Assembly (NCBI RefSeq): GCF_000143415.4
Contig: NW_003314261.1
Span: 3,340,880-3,404,879, forward strand
Direction of reading: 5' to 3'
DNA from: Selaginella moellendorffii
Taxonomy: Eukaryota; Plantae; Lycopodiophyta
DNA length: 64,000 nt
A program made the translations under genes and the position numbers. Below, piece by piece: positions 37,688-49,359 of the stretch. The notes beneath the pieces are model-generated. The model was not told the origin of the DNA and ran no database searches. It worked only from the letters and a program-made list of their open reading frames with translations. Positions within the stretch are counted from its first letter, which is position 1, and every line of letters starts with the position of its first letter.

Positions 37688-38716
37688 ATGGGGCTTCTTG
37701 ACAAGCTGTGGGACGATGTGGTGGCCGGGCCTCAGCCGGATCGAGGCCTGGGAATGCTGCGCAACAAGAATGCCAAGGCGGTCGCCAGGGATCTCACTGG
37801 CTTGGATGGTCTCTGGCAGCGTTATTGCGATCGTTTTCTTGCTCACACGGTCGATCTTTGTGGCAGGTGATCCGCTCGGCGCCCCTGGCGCGCGAGACCC
37901 GAAATATCGGCGCTCCAGCACCATGGTCACGCAGAGCATCAACATCCGCCCCCCGCCGCTGATCCGATCGGCCAGCTTTGGCGACGAGTCCGCGCCGGCT
38001 ACCCCGACGGGAGCCGCCTCTAGCGTCGGCTCCCCATCTTCTATGGCTGGATCGCCCGGTAATATCTGCAAGATCTTGCTAGTCCTCGCCTTGTCTCCCA
38101 CGATTCTTTGCTATCTTGTCTAGATTTTGAGGGAGTCTTTGGAATTTAACTGTGCTCTTCTCGTGAACAGGAACCACGCCCAAAGATAACGTTTGGCGAT
38201 CGGTGTTCCATCCGGGAGGCGGGCGAGCGCGGGCAGTGGAGCGCCAGGGCTCCGCTCGCTACGACAATGTGACACCAAACTCTCCGTCCGTGTACGACTG
38301 GTAAGCCGTCTCTCTCATGATCTTGGTTTCTAGCCTTTGTTCGTCCGAGCTCTAGCTGGTTCCTCTTTCTTTATGCTCTAGTTAGTTCTTGCATGGATTG
38401 CTTACAAGCTCTATCTCTTCATGCTTTAGTGCTTCTTGCATGGATTTCTTACAAGCTCTAAGGAACTTTTTTGTTTCTCTAGATAAGATAAGAGTTTAGC
38501 AGATTTGGTGTCCATAGATCGTAAGAATCGCTACCAATCACTTCTCATACAGGGTAGTGATCAGTGTCTTGGACACCTGAAGAAAGATCAGAGAGAGCTT
38601 CTTCCATGTCGATGGTTGTAGTTTCCGAGTCAGAACTTTTTTCTCATCCTTTTTTGTGTTCCTGGATTTTCAGGATGTACAGCCCCGAGAGCAAGAACAA
38701 GTGGCACCACCCGTAA
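37688..38716 (+). CDS. Dormancy/auxin-associated protein (DRM1/ARP family) with two candidate last exons (38553-38580 or 38674-38716)
   Basis: MGLLDKLWDDVVAGPQPDRGLGMLR...VTQSINI...DNVWRSVFHPG...PNSPSVYDW, followed by MYSPESKNKWHHP* or VVISVLDT*. Confidence 0.92.
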
Positions 38717-39083
38717 ATCACCAGGTGCCATGGCTGCATGCAAGAAGAAAATATCTCATCTATTTAAGAGAGGCGATCGAAAGTCTTAAAAGTTTGGAGT
38801 GGTGGTGATTACGAGCAAATACCTGAAGATGATAGAGATAAGTGTAGCTGGCCCTGGGAGGTAGGAGTTGTTTGCGTGGCATTTGCTTCCTTCCTTTCTC
38901 TTCTATCACTGTTTGTAAGATTTTTGTACAGGTGTGAATAGTATATCATAGCTGTCAGCTTTTCATGATCAGCAAGCTCGTGTGCAAGATCAGATTTCTT
39001 ATCCCCCAGTATCCTTCCAAAAACTAGTCTTAGCAAAAAAAAAAAAAAAAAGGGTTTTTGATTTTTGTGTTTTAACAAATTTT

Positions 39084-39800
39084 TCAGGCTTTCAAGATGC
39101 ATTTGACGAGATAATAGCCTGTGAGAACCGAGGAGGCAGAGAAGGCGAGAAACGCCAGGAAGGCAAAGGTGACGGAGGCAGTGGATCTTGAGCACAGGTT
39201 GGTGCCGGACCCGTTCGAACCGCACACCCCGGAAACGTCGATCAGTGTGGCTGTGGCGGATGCGGCCGAGATCAGGAAGTAAGTGCTCATCTGCCAAAGA
39301 AAGATCAACCATGAGAATCAATCTCATCCGCATTGCGTTGGTTTGGACCTGGTCGCAGATGAATGTCGCGTATTGGTACAGGGGAGTCACCCCAGACGAA
39401 GACGTGGCGCCGCGGATCACGCACCAAAGCGAGAAACTTAGCTGCGCCAAAGCGTACGCGCATGCCAAAACACCGATGGCCACCGTGTAGCTGCAAAGAA
39501 GAGCACTCGCAACTTTGAGTCCGTCGTTCGTTGGTGTGTGCGAGATCGCGCGAGAGAGGGGAGGGAATTGGGGCATTCGCAGAGAATTGGGACATACCTC
39601 AAGGATTTGATTGATCCTTGGACGTCGTGAAGGAGATCCGCCATGACCGAGAATGCGATGAGCGAGAAGACGAATTGGAGCACCCGGAGCACCACAATCG
39701 CGGGCTTCTTCCAGTAGATCTGGGCCAAGTAGACACGCGACGGGACATAGGGCGATGGGGGAGCATCGAATTTGGTGCTTTGCTGCTGTGATTCTTCCAT
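39084..39800 (-). CDS. CASP-like (DUF588) four-TM protein, 3 exons
   Basis: VVLRVLQFVFSLIAFSVMA, YTVAIGVLACAYALAQL, FICDQMSTYFLISAASATA, C.RSTASVTFAFLAFLAFSASSVLTGY. Confidence 0.92.
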
Positions 39801-40179
39801 CGATTGGATTACCAAAATTCCCCTAGCTCGGTCGATCCTAGGCTAGGCAGCGCTGCGTATAAAACCCAGATTTCACCAAGGAAACACCCAAGTTGCCGAC
39901 TTTGTACGTCGCGCATGCACGATTGTGTGTAGCCGCTCTCCAGGACATGATTAACATGGACACTTGCAAAAGTCCACGACGACGCGGGGGAGAAAAGATT
40001 AAATTACCAAACCGCGACATTCTTGAAACCTCTTCTATCACGTTGTCATGGTCCAAAACTTTGCCAAAGGCACCTTCCATTGCAGCTCGCTAAAGTACTG
40101 TAGAAAGGTGGAAGTTTCGACATTTGATACCCCACTCTCACTGCCAGTATATATCACCATATTTCGTGTTAATGCTACA

Positions 40180-40665
40180 AATTTCATACACACCGCCAGA
40201 AAGCTTAGGTGGAGATCTTCACCTTCAGCTAGTTGTTTCCTCGAGAAAACATTGATCAAACATCATCTGTTTTAAGTGTAATTATGTCAAGCACGGACAA
40301 ACTTCTCAGAGCTCAGCTGGCCTCACAAGGGTCTACACTTCAAAGGGATCGAAGATTCATCAGTCCCAGTCGCTCGGAAAAGTGTTCCAATTGTGATCGA
40401 TCCGAGGAAGGAAGCCTGTTGGACGTTGTGGTTAACTCTTGCTCCCACCTACGAGTTGCAAGTTGCGCTGATTGTCAGCTCCTATTTGCGATCTTTCTCA
40501 CGGTTGCCGTCGTTCTTGCACGTTTCCGCGGTTAATAATAAGTGCCGCAACAGAAAAGGAAGAAAGAATTTTCTCGCTAGCACGTCGAATGGTCTTCCTC
40601 CGGACGTGTGGAAAGAGATCAATTCCGTAAAAGCCACTGCTCAAGAGCTACGTACGGTACGTCAG
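40180..40665 (+). pseudogene. Degraded partial duplicate of the downstream FAR gene
   Basis: TTGGACGTTGTGGTTAACTC is shared with the region near 43377. STSNGLPPDVWKEINSVKATAQEL corresponds to [29 protein letters not shown] in the intact gene. Confidence 0.8.
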
Positions 40666-40855
40666 TAGACAAGTTGATCATTGGCAAGAAATGCTAAGTT
40701 GGATTTACGATGCCAAATTCGCTAAAGGACAGACAAACTGCATCATAGCACATTATCCCACGCAGCGAGCAAAAAAAAAAAAGAAGAAGAAATCCTCTTC
40801 TTCTTCTCTTTTGTCTGGGTGCCAGAGGGATGATCGAGTGAGGGGCATTTAGGTC

Positions 40856-41822
40856 ATGGGCAGAGGGGGCGGATGCATACCCAGCAAATCCAGGAAGAAC
40901 AAGAGCTCCTCGCCGCTCTCCTCCAAGCCCGATGGCGATCATCCAGGAGACGATCCGCCACAGACCCAATGCGGTCCGGACGAAATCCAGCAAGCCCAAG
41001 TCGAGAATGAGGACGATCCAGCGGTGGAAGCGGCGGTAGCACCATCTTCTCCTCCCGAAACCACCATCAAAGTCTACATTATGTGAGTTTTTTTTTCTTC
41101 TCCTTCGATCTTTGATCTCGGTCTAAGATAGAGCGCATTCTCACTCGACGCTTGCTTAGATTCTACTCCATGTATGGTCACGTCGAGGCTCTGGCCAAGA
41201 AGATCAAGCAAGGCGTGGATAGCGTGGATGGAGCGGAGGGATTTCTCTTTAGAGTGGCGGAGAACTTGTCACAGGCGGTGTTGGACACGATGCACGCGCC
41301 GCCGAAGGATGAGTCCATTCCAACCATCACCGCTGCACAGCTCGTAGCCGCCGACGCCTTTCTCTTTGGATTCCCCACGCGTTACGGTGCCATGGCCGCT
41401 CAGATGAAAGCTTTCTTCGATTCTACTGGGAGTTTGTGGCAGCAGCAAAAGCTGGCTGGAAAACCAGCCGGATTCTTCGTGAGCACTGGAACCCAAGGTG
41501 GTGGCCAAGAAACGACAGCGTAAGTCAGTCCGAGTTATTTCCATCTTTTGCTTCGAGTGATCTTCTGAACTTATGACTTGCTTCTAGATGGACTGCGATC
41601 ACTCAACTTGCTCATCACGGCATGGTGTTTATCCCGATCGGCTACACATTTGGTGCTGGAATGTTTAAGCTGGATGATTTGAGGGGTGGCTCCCCATATG
41701 GAGCTGGAACTTTTGCTGGTGATGGTTCCAGGCTACCAACACAGACCGAGCTTGAGTTGGCTGAGCACCAAGGGAGATATACAGCAGGAATTGCGAAGAG
41801 ACTTGTTAATGCAGCAGACTAA
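40856..41822 (+). CDS. NAD(P)H:quinone oxidoreductase, FQR1/WrbA flavodoxin-like, with N-terminal MGRGGGC extension; 3 exons
   Basis: [45 protein letters not shown]|[28 protein letters not shown]. Confidence 0.95.
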
Positions 41823-42401
41823 AGGAAGAACTAATTCATTTTTATGTACAAATTTGGCCATTAAACTTTCATCTTCCCACATTAAATCTATTCTTAACCT
41901 AGTTTAGTTCTAAGGTACGTATTTATTTTTGACAATCGTAAGTCAGGCAGAATAACATCTTTCCTTCTTTTTCTCCCCAGTAGTATCCTTTAACAGGTAG
42001 TTAAAGAAATATCTAATCATTCAATTGGTACCAACTCTTGAAATTGGACACAAAAAACATTTTACCAGAATTTGTTCCCTAGCACTCAAGAATTAACTAA
42101 TTATATGAATCAGACACTAAAGCTTCCATGGTATATGCCACCATATTTCTAGAACGTACTTCAAAAGGCATTCAGCGGAAGACTACACGGCTTGTAGCCT
42201 ATCGCAATTGAAGGTGTAGCGTTTGCACCTACAATCGAGCAAACGTCAAAGCGAATCAGCTCAAAACACTGCGGTGAGAAAGTAATCGAAGAGCAGCGTG
42301 TTGCGCTTCCTTGTGTTTTTATGATGCAGGGACCCAAGCTTGACCTCCAAACCGAACCCTGTCCTCGATCTCTCTTCCCCGGCACAAAAAACAATCACAC
42401 G

Positions 42402-42402
42402 C

Positions 42403-42437
<35 letters not shown>
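42402..42437. repeat. (GA)n microsatellite upstream of FAR
   Basis: Directly visible GA run. Confidence 0.9.
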
Positions 42438-42440
<3 letters not shown>

Positions 42441-42705
42441 CTTCTCTCTATTTCCTTTGAAGATCGATAGCTCTCGCTCGCCGGATCGCTTTCACAGGTG
42501 TCAATTGAATCCACCTATCGCGTGGTGGAGGGTAGCTTGGGGCGTAATTGCAGATCGAATGTCAAGTGCGTGGACACAAACACTCCGGAACTTTTTTGCC
42601 GACTTGTACATGCGATCGAATTGTGTTCCCACCTCGTGACCTCCTCAACACTCAACAGGATAAAGCGCTAGCGCTTGATTCTATGCTCTCCTGCTGTGCA
42701 GAAGA

Positions 42706-44901
42706 ATGGCTCCCTCCCTGTCTTTCGAGGCGGCAATCTATCGGTCAGCTGGTTCTGGTTCTTCCGGTGGTCGGAACTCGATAGCTTGTTCTTCGCGGCT
42801 GGAGACGCACCGGGTTTCGTCCACTCGCCGTCGTGCCTTGTGCTGCGCGCTGGACATAACGCGCGACAATGTTGCCACTGCTGCTGCTACTGCTACTGCC
42901 TTTCCACGGATTGGCCATGTCGAGCAGCAGCGGCTTGGGATCCTCCCGTTCTTGGAGAACAAACGAATCCTCATCACTGGAGCTACGGGCTTCCTCGGAA
43001 AAGGTGGCGCTGGCGTTCTGCTCGAAACGTCGTGTATCATCTGCTCTCTTTGTTTTTTCCAGTGCTTGTTGAGAAGATCCTGCGTGCGCAGCCGAAAGTG
43101 AGCAAGATCTACCTTCTCGTGCACGCTGACAGTCACGAGAAGGCTCGGCAGAGACTCGAGAAGGATGTAAGACGCCTCCCTGCCGGAGTTTTTGTTTCTC
43201 TGAATCTGAATTTTCCCTGGCAGATACTGGAGTCGAGGCTGTTTGAGCTGATTCGGGAGGAGTATGGGGCCGACTATCGCCAGTTCATGCTTGAGAAGCT
43301 CGTTGCCATCCCCGGAAGCGTGGAGAAGAACGATCTGGGACTCGAGAAGCACACCAAGGAGCAGCTCCTCAGCCAGTTGGACGTTGTGGTTAACTCAGCC
43401 GCGACCACCAAGTTCTTTGAAAGGTTGGTTCTTCGCGGCTACGTACCATTCCTGCGCTGATTTTGCAAATTCCCTTTCTTGGCTGTAAGATACGACGTAG
43501 CTCTGGCCGTCAACACGAAAGGACCGCTAAACCTGTTGGAGTTTGCAAAGAAGTGCTCACGGTTGCAGTTGTTCCTGCACGTCTCCACTGGTAAGTGCCG
43601 GAAGTCGCACACGATTCTCGTTTTGATGCATCTGGGTGACAGCATACTCGAACGGGCTCAGACAAGGAAGAATTTTAGAAAAACCTCTCGCCAGCATGTC
43701 GAACGGTATAGCTCCTCCTCTGGACGTGTGGAAGGAGATTGACTCTGTAAGAAACATAAAAGCCACTTCTGAGGAACTAAAAGAGCTGGGAATGCAAAGG
43801 TACGCGGTCATTGGGAGGTATTGGCCTTGACTTGTAATGCCGCAGAGCTCAGCTTCACGGGTGGCAAGACACTTACGTTTTCACCAAAGCTATGGGCGAA
43901 ACGCTCGTCACCCAAAGCAGAGGAGACGTCCCCGTGGTCATTCTTCGCCCGTCGGTGGTGGAAGGAACTTCCGCACAGCCATTTGGAGGCTGGATCCAAG
44001 GCACAAGGTACGTGGAGTATTCCCACCTGCATAGCGAGCAAACAATGTGAGCTTACACAGGATGATGGACCCAATGCTTCTTGCCTATGGACTTGGCCAC
44101 CTGACGGGTTTCTATGCTGATCCGGACTGCGTCCTCGATGTCGTGAGTTGCCATTTTGCTTTGTCACTGCTGTCCGCTGACAAGTTCGTTTGTGACTTGC
44201 AGATTCCAGCAGACATGGTTGTGAACTCACTTCTAGCAGCCATGAGCGTTCACGCTGGACGGCCCGGCCTCAGTGTCTATCACGTTGGATCTTCAACAGT
44301 GAACCCCTTGACGTTCCGGGAACTAGCAGCGTGTACCGAAGAGTATTTCCAGTCCAATCCAGTCTTGGATGAAAGAGGAAATCCTGTCGAGCGCAGGATG
44401 ACGTTCTACGACAACAAGTTGGCATTCTCCGTCCATAAGTTTCTCTGCTACAGCCTCCCGATCCATGTAAGACCTCCAAACTTTCTTGCCTTAAATTCTT
44501 GTTATTCTTTTCAGGTTGCACGGTTATCTGGCAGCCGCAAGCTTCAAAACTCTGCCAAACGAACCGCTATCCTCGCAGAGAGACTTGATCAGCTCGTAGA
44601 AACTTATTCCGCTTACACTTTTTACAAAGGACGGTGAGCTATCTTCTCCGAGATTCAACTGTGTTGTAACAGCTTTGAACCTGCTTACAGGTTTGATATA
44701 ACGAACACCAAAACACTGTACGAGCAAATGCTGCCCGAAGAAAAAGAAGGTTTTGGCTTTGACATCGGGTCAATCAGATGGAATGAATATATAACGAATG
44801 TACACCTACCAGGGCTCCGGAAGAACAACCGGAGTACTTTCAACACAAAATTCCGTTTGATCACCATGAAAGAGTCCATCCAAGGATTATTCGCAGTTTA
44901 A
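42706..44901 (+). CDS. Fatty acyl-CoA/ACP reductase (MS2/FAR2-like) with a probable plastid transit peptide; multi-exon
   Basis: [12 protein letters not shown]|[70 protein letters not shown]. Ser/Arg/Ala-rich N-terminus. Confidence 0.93.
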
Positions 44902-44949
44902 AGATCTAATTGGCAGAAGATATTGTCAATACTGTAATGTACGTAACAC

Positions 44950-47151
44950 TTACCAGTTCTTGCTCTCAACTTTTCCTCGTACATGACTGTCTCCTGCCTG
45001 AACATCAGCTTCCTCGACCTCCTCAACTTCTTTAGCTTGAGCAAGTTCCTTCTTGATCTGTTCCACATAAAGGTCGCCAACCTTGGGATCGTACCGTGCA
45101 GCCCGCTCAAGATACTCCAAGGCTGCAAATTTCTGTCCGTCCTGGCTCAACAAGCTGAAAAAAGAAAAGGAAGAAAGAGTTCAGAGATCAGCGTGTTTGA
45201 AAGATAGGTACCTTCCCAAAGTCACAAGGGCCACATTATATTTCTTCCGGGAAGCGCCATCCTGAGGTTCTTCCATGCTAGCCACGCACTTGAGCGCAGC
45301 TGTGGCCTCGCCTATTTTACCCTGCAAGAAATATAGTGAATTCGGTAGCCATTGATGGAAAACACCAACCTGCTTGTACAGAGCGATTCCAAGCGCCAAG
45401 TAGGCTGAAATTTGAAGCTTATTGTCCTTGGCCTGTTGAACAGATAAACACAGTAAATTGAGACAAGCTACACACGCTTCGGATACAACGACACCTTTGA
45501 AGCTGCTTGAGCAAGCAAGTCTGTTGCTTCAGCCCATTCACTGGCGTCTGTATGCAACTTTCCCAATGCGAAATAGGCAGTCGCATTTTCCGGATCTTTT
45601 TTCAGAGCAGCCCTGCCAGTTCAACGATGAAAGACACGTGATACCAGATGTCAATCACGAACACTCACTTCAAACATTGGACTGCTGCGTCACGATTTTT
45701 GCGAACGACATGTTCCGCAGCGAGCTGCGCAAATTATAAAAGTTCACCACATTCGAACTAAGATAAACTTACCTTTATAAGAGTCTCGCTTTGAGAGGCG
45801 CGAGGATCAGCAGAAGCTTTAGGTGCAACCATCACGGGCAAGCCTAATCTTTTTCGAAAATAGCTGCTTCTCAAACATAGTGTCTGAAATCATAAACGTC
45901 AAGCGCGAAGAAGCTGAATAAGAATTGCTCGGCTTATACCTGTGCAAGAGAGAACAAAGTGTTCGGGAGCCAGTACATGAAAACACCCTGCAATAAAGCT
46001 TGAAGATCAGAACCAAACCAAGCTATAAATACCTGAGGGAAATAAAAACCCGAGATACAGATTGGAATCACACAGAAACGCAGCCACCAGCTGTAGAACT
46101 GTTTGAAACATAAGTACGCTGCTCGACAAATAGTTTTCTTACCGAAAGCAAAGATCCCACAATGCCGGGCTTTGGCTCAATACCTTTCAAAGACACCTAC
46201 TGCACAATCGCTAGATTTGACAATAGCTCCAGTCAAAAATTACCTCGATATGACAAATGTATGCAACGGAAAGTGATATCGGTAAGAGAGCTCCTAAATC
46301 TCCACTGACAGGAACAGTTAAGTCTGTAAACCATAGAGCACCACCCTGTGCGGAGAAGGATCAGAAATATTTACAAAGCCAAAGTTGTTACTGACTGTTT
46401 CAAATCCAGGGTACTTGTTTATGGCCATGTTTCTGATCGCTAAAGTCCAGGATATGAAAATAGGCACCTGGTGGAGAAAAGAATAAACGTAAATCTTTTT
46501 GTTTTCATGAAAATCCTACTAATCTTACTTGAACGAAAAGAGAAGCAAAACACCATGCAGGACTGGGAACTCCAAGCTCCTTTCGTTTCTGAGAATAGAG
46601 CTTGAATTGCTCTAACTGCGTGACACCACTCCCAGGAGGAGGAACTGGCGAGGGCACTGGACGTGAAGTGTGAGAAGTGAGATCTCAAAAGGCCAAAATG
46701 GAGCTTACATTTTCCAGAGAGTTGCGCGAGCTGGGCAGTCTTTCGTAGCTGGATCACTGTAACAGGGAAAAGGGCCGCCCTCACAGCAATTGTTGATCCC
46801 GCAAGGACAATCCACCTGATCAAAAGAAAAGACGTAAAAACGAAATATTTGAAACAAGCACGAGACATTGTCAAGCACATACCAGGGAGCTCCAGTTGCA
46901 ACGTGAATGCTGTCCAGGAATGTAGCCACAAGGCACACCGGACCTCTAAAGATCGTCCACAAATTACTTGTATCCAGATGAAATGCGTCGCCAATAGCCG
47001 GATCCCTCAAGATTTCGGGCGCTACCTGGAATTCCTCATCGGCGCCTGACGAGAACGACCGCATTGGATTCGTAATCGCGGAGGAAGTCGCGATCGGCAT
47101 CATCCATTGGCGCCTTCGCACCAGCGCGCTCGCCAGGCACCTCGCAGCCAT
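44950..47151 (-). CDS. OXA1/ALB3/YidC-family insertase with C-terminal TPR region (OXA2-like), probably mitochondrial; multi-exon
   Basis: Presequence MAARCLASALVRRR, LDSIHVATGAPW|WIVLAGSTIAVRAALFP, GGALWFTDLT, TPR-like exons (ALGIALYKQ, ALEYLERAARYDP). Confidence 0.85.
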
Positions 47152-47190
47152 AGCCTAAAACCCTAATCGAAAATTTTGTAAAACCCTAGG

Positions 47191-49180
47191 ATGGGAGAGA
47201 GCTACGACGGCACCGCATTGCTACTCGCCATTCTTGGATCTGCCGCTGCCGGATGCGCATGCGCTGTGGTGATTCGCTTCACCGCTGGATTTGTGCTGGC
47301 TGTGTGGAGATCAGTAGCATGGATCTTGATCAGGAAGAAATCCAGTGTCGCGAGTCAAGCGAAGAAGCAGCAGCAGCAGCACCATTCTCCTCCGCCGGCT
47401 AGAAAGCGGCGAGTTTCTCCCCCTCCCCCTTCTCCTCCTCCTCCTCGTCCTCCAGCGATCCCCGATCAGGAGCTTGGGAAGAAGAAGGCAGCGCCACAGG
47501 TGAAGCCCAAGGTAATGTCCAAGAGCTAAGCTATTGAATTTACTTGTAGGATCTTTGGAGAAGGTTTTATTTCTCTTTAGTTAGTGTAGAGACTAATGTC
47601 CTTGATTCTCATTTTGCGCAGGCACGGCCTACTCCTCGGCATCGTTTGGAACTCAACGCTATCAAAGGGCATGTCGATGCTATCACAGGCATTGCATTCT
47701 CGTCCAACAGTCGTGGCCTTGCTACAGGTAGAAAAAAAAATTCAGTTTTTTCGATGTCTGGAGTATTTGGCATGATTGTTTGATCTTTTTCCAACCAGCC
47801 TGTGCTGACAGAGTGGTGCGCATTTTCAAGCTGGATGATCCCACCAGCAAAAACTTGCAGTATGTACCGTTTGGTTTTCCGGTTTTCTTTGTTCTATCTT
47901 GCCTTTCGTTTTGCAGTGTTTTGAGGCTCAATGTGCCCCTTGGAACAGTTCCTACTGGGGTAGCCTTTGGAGATGGACAAGGTGCTGCGCAAATTGTGGT
48001 GGCTACTCAGGACATCAACGGGTCCGGGCTTCTCATGTTTGGTGCTCCCGAAGGAAAGGGTGCTGCGCAAGCAAGAGAGCAGGGAAAGGTCCCGCCGCCG
48101 GAAATAAAATGGAGGAAAACGCAAATCCATGACCGAAGAAACGTGCTAACTTGTGTTGGCGCTCGTTGCGAATATGGAAGTGGTGATGGCGAGAGTGTCT
48201 TGATCGCCACTTGTTCTGAAGGTGCGTTTTTTTCTATCTGTGCTGTGGTTGGTTTTCTCACGCTTTTGCATGTTTTTTCCAGGCACCGACATCAAGATTT
48301 GGTCAGCAGGGAATGGCACCTGCGTGAAGACTGTAGACACGAACCAGCTTCAGAACACAATGGCTACGATTTCTCCGGACGGCCGCTTCCTTGCCGCTGC
48401 CGCTTTCACTGCTGATGTGAAGGTAGGCTTTGTTTCGATTCTGTACGAGGCTCTATTGAACCTTTTCCGGTTTTAGATTTGGGAGATCGTCTATGGAAAA
48501 GATGGCCAGGTTCGAGATGTGGTGAAGGTCATGCTGCTGAAGGGCCATAAGGTAACGACGTTATCGTAAACTACGTAATTTGATTCATGGTTTCGTGTGT
48601 AGAGCGCTGTCACTTGGACGTGCTTCACATGGGATTCACAGAAGATAATCACAGCGTCGAAAGATGGTTTCATAAGAATTTGGAACATTAACGGTACTAG
48701 CAGATCTTTCCATTCTCGTGTTGTACTGAAAGCCTTTTATGCAGTGAGATACCAGATGGATGAAGATCCCAAATGTATCAAAGTCTTCCCGATTCTATCG
48801 AGCGACAATGGCTTGTACGAGAAGATCGCCGTGTCCCCGGACGATAAAATTCTCGCTGCCACGCACGGGACAACTCTGACGTGGTTAAGCACTGCCGACG
48901 GCCAAGTTCTTGATACAGCAGAGAACGCACACGATGGTAAGTGCGAAGTTCTCGTGAACTCTAGTCGAGATCACTGATTTCTCGAAAACTTTCCAGGTGA
49001 AATCACTTGCATTACCTGGGCTCCTCAAAGCGTCTCCACAGGTATATGAATCAATTTGTTAGAGAGGAACGTTTTGTGACGCCTTTCTTTCTTGTTTTCT
49101 TGCTAGATCAAGGCAAAGTTTTGATCTTGGCAACCGCGAGCGTGGACAAGAAACTTAAACTCTGGTCGCAGCCCCTTTAA
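47191..49180 (+). CDS. WD40 protein, transducin beta-like 2 (TBL2)-like, with N-terminal membrane anchor; multi-exon
   Basis: N-terminal hydrophobic segment, HRLELNAIKGHVDAITG, VDTNQLQNTMATISPDGRFLAAAAFTADVK, LKGHKSAVTW, VRYQMDEDPK, ATASVDKKLKLW. Confidence 0.9.
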
Positions 49181-49359
49181 AATTTTGAGCCCGCGAAATT
49201 CAAACTGACAGTTGAAATTGACGGCTGAGATTTATAAACTGGTGGCTTTAGCGTTCTCGCTAGGGTTTTTCGATCCCCGGCATGTTCTTGGGCCCTTCCG
49301 GCGATTGATCGGCGATTATAGAGGCCGCGGCGGCTTGCGCCTCGAATCCAGGGGGCCGG

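Noticed and set aside
36959-38101. 380-aa minus-strand ORF
   Set aside because: Antisense to the DRM1 exons and promoter; includes poly-K and poly-F from simple repeats; no recognisable motif.
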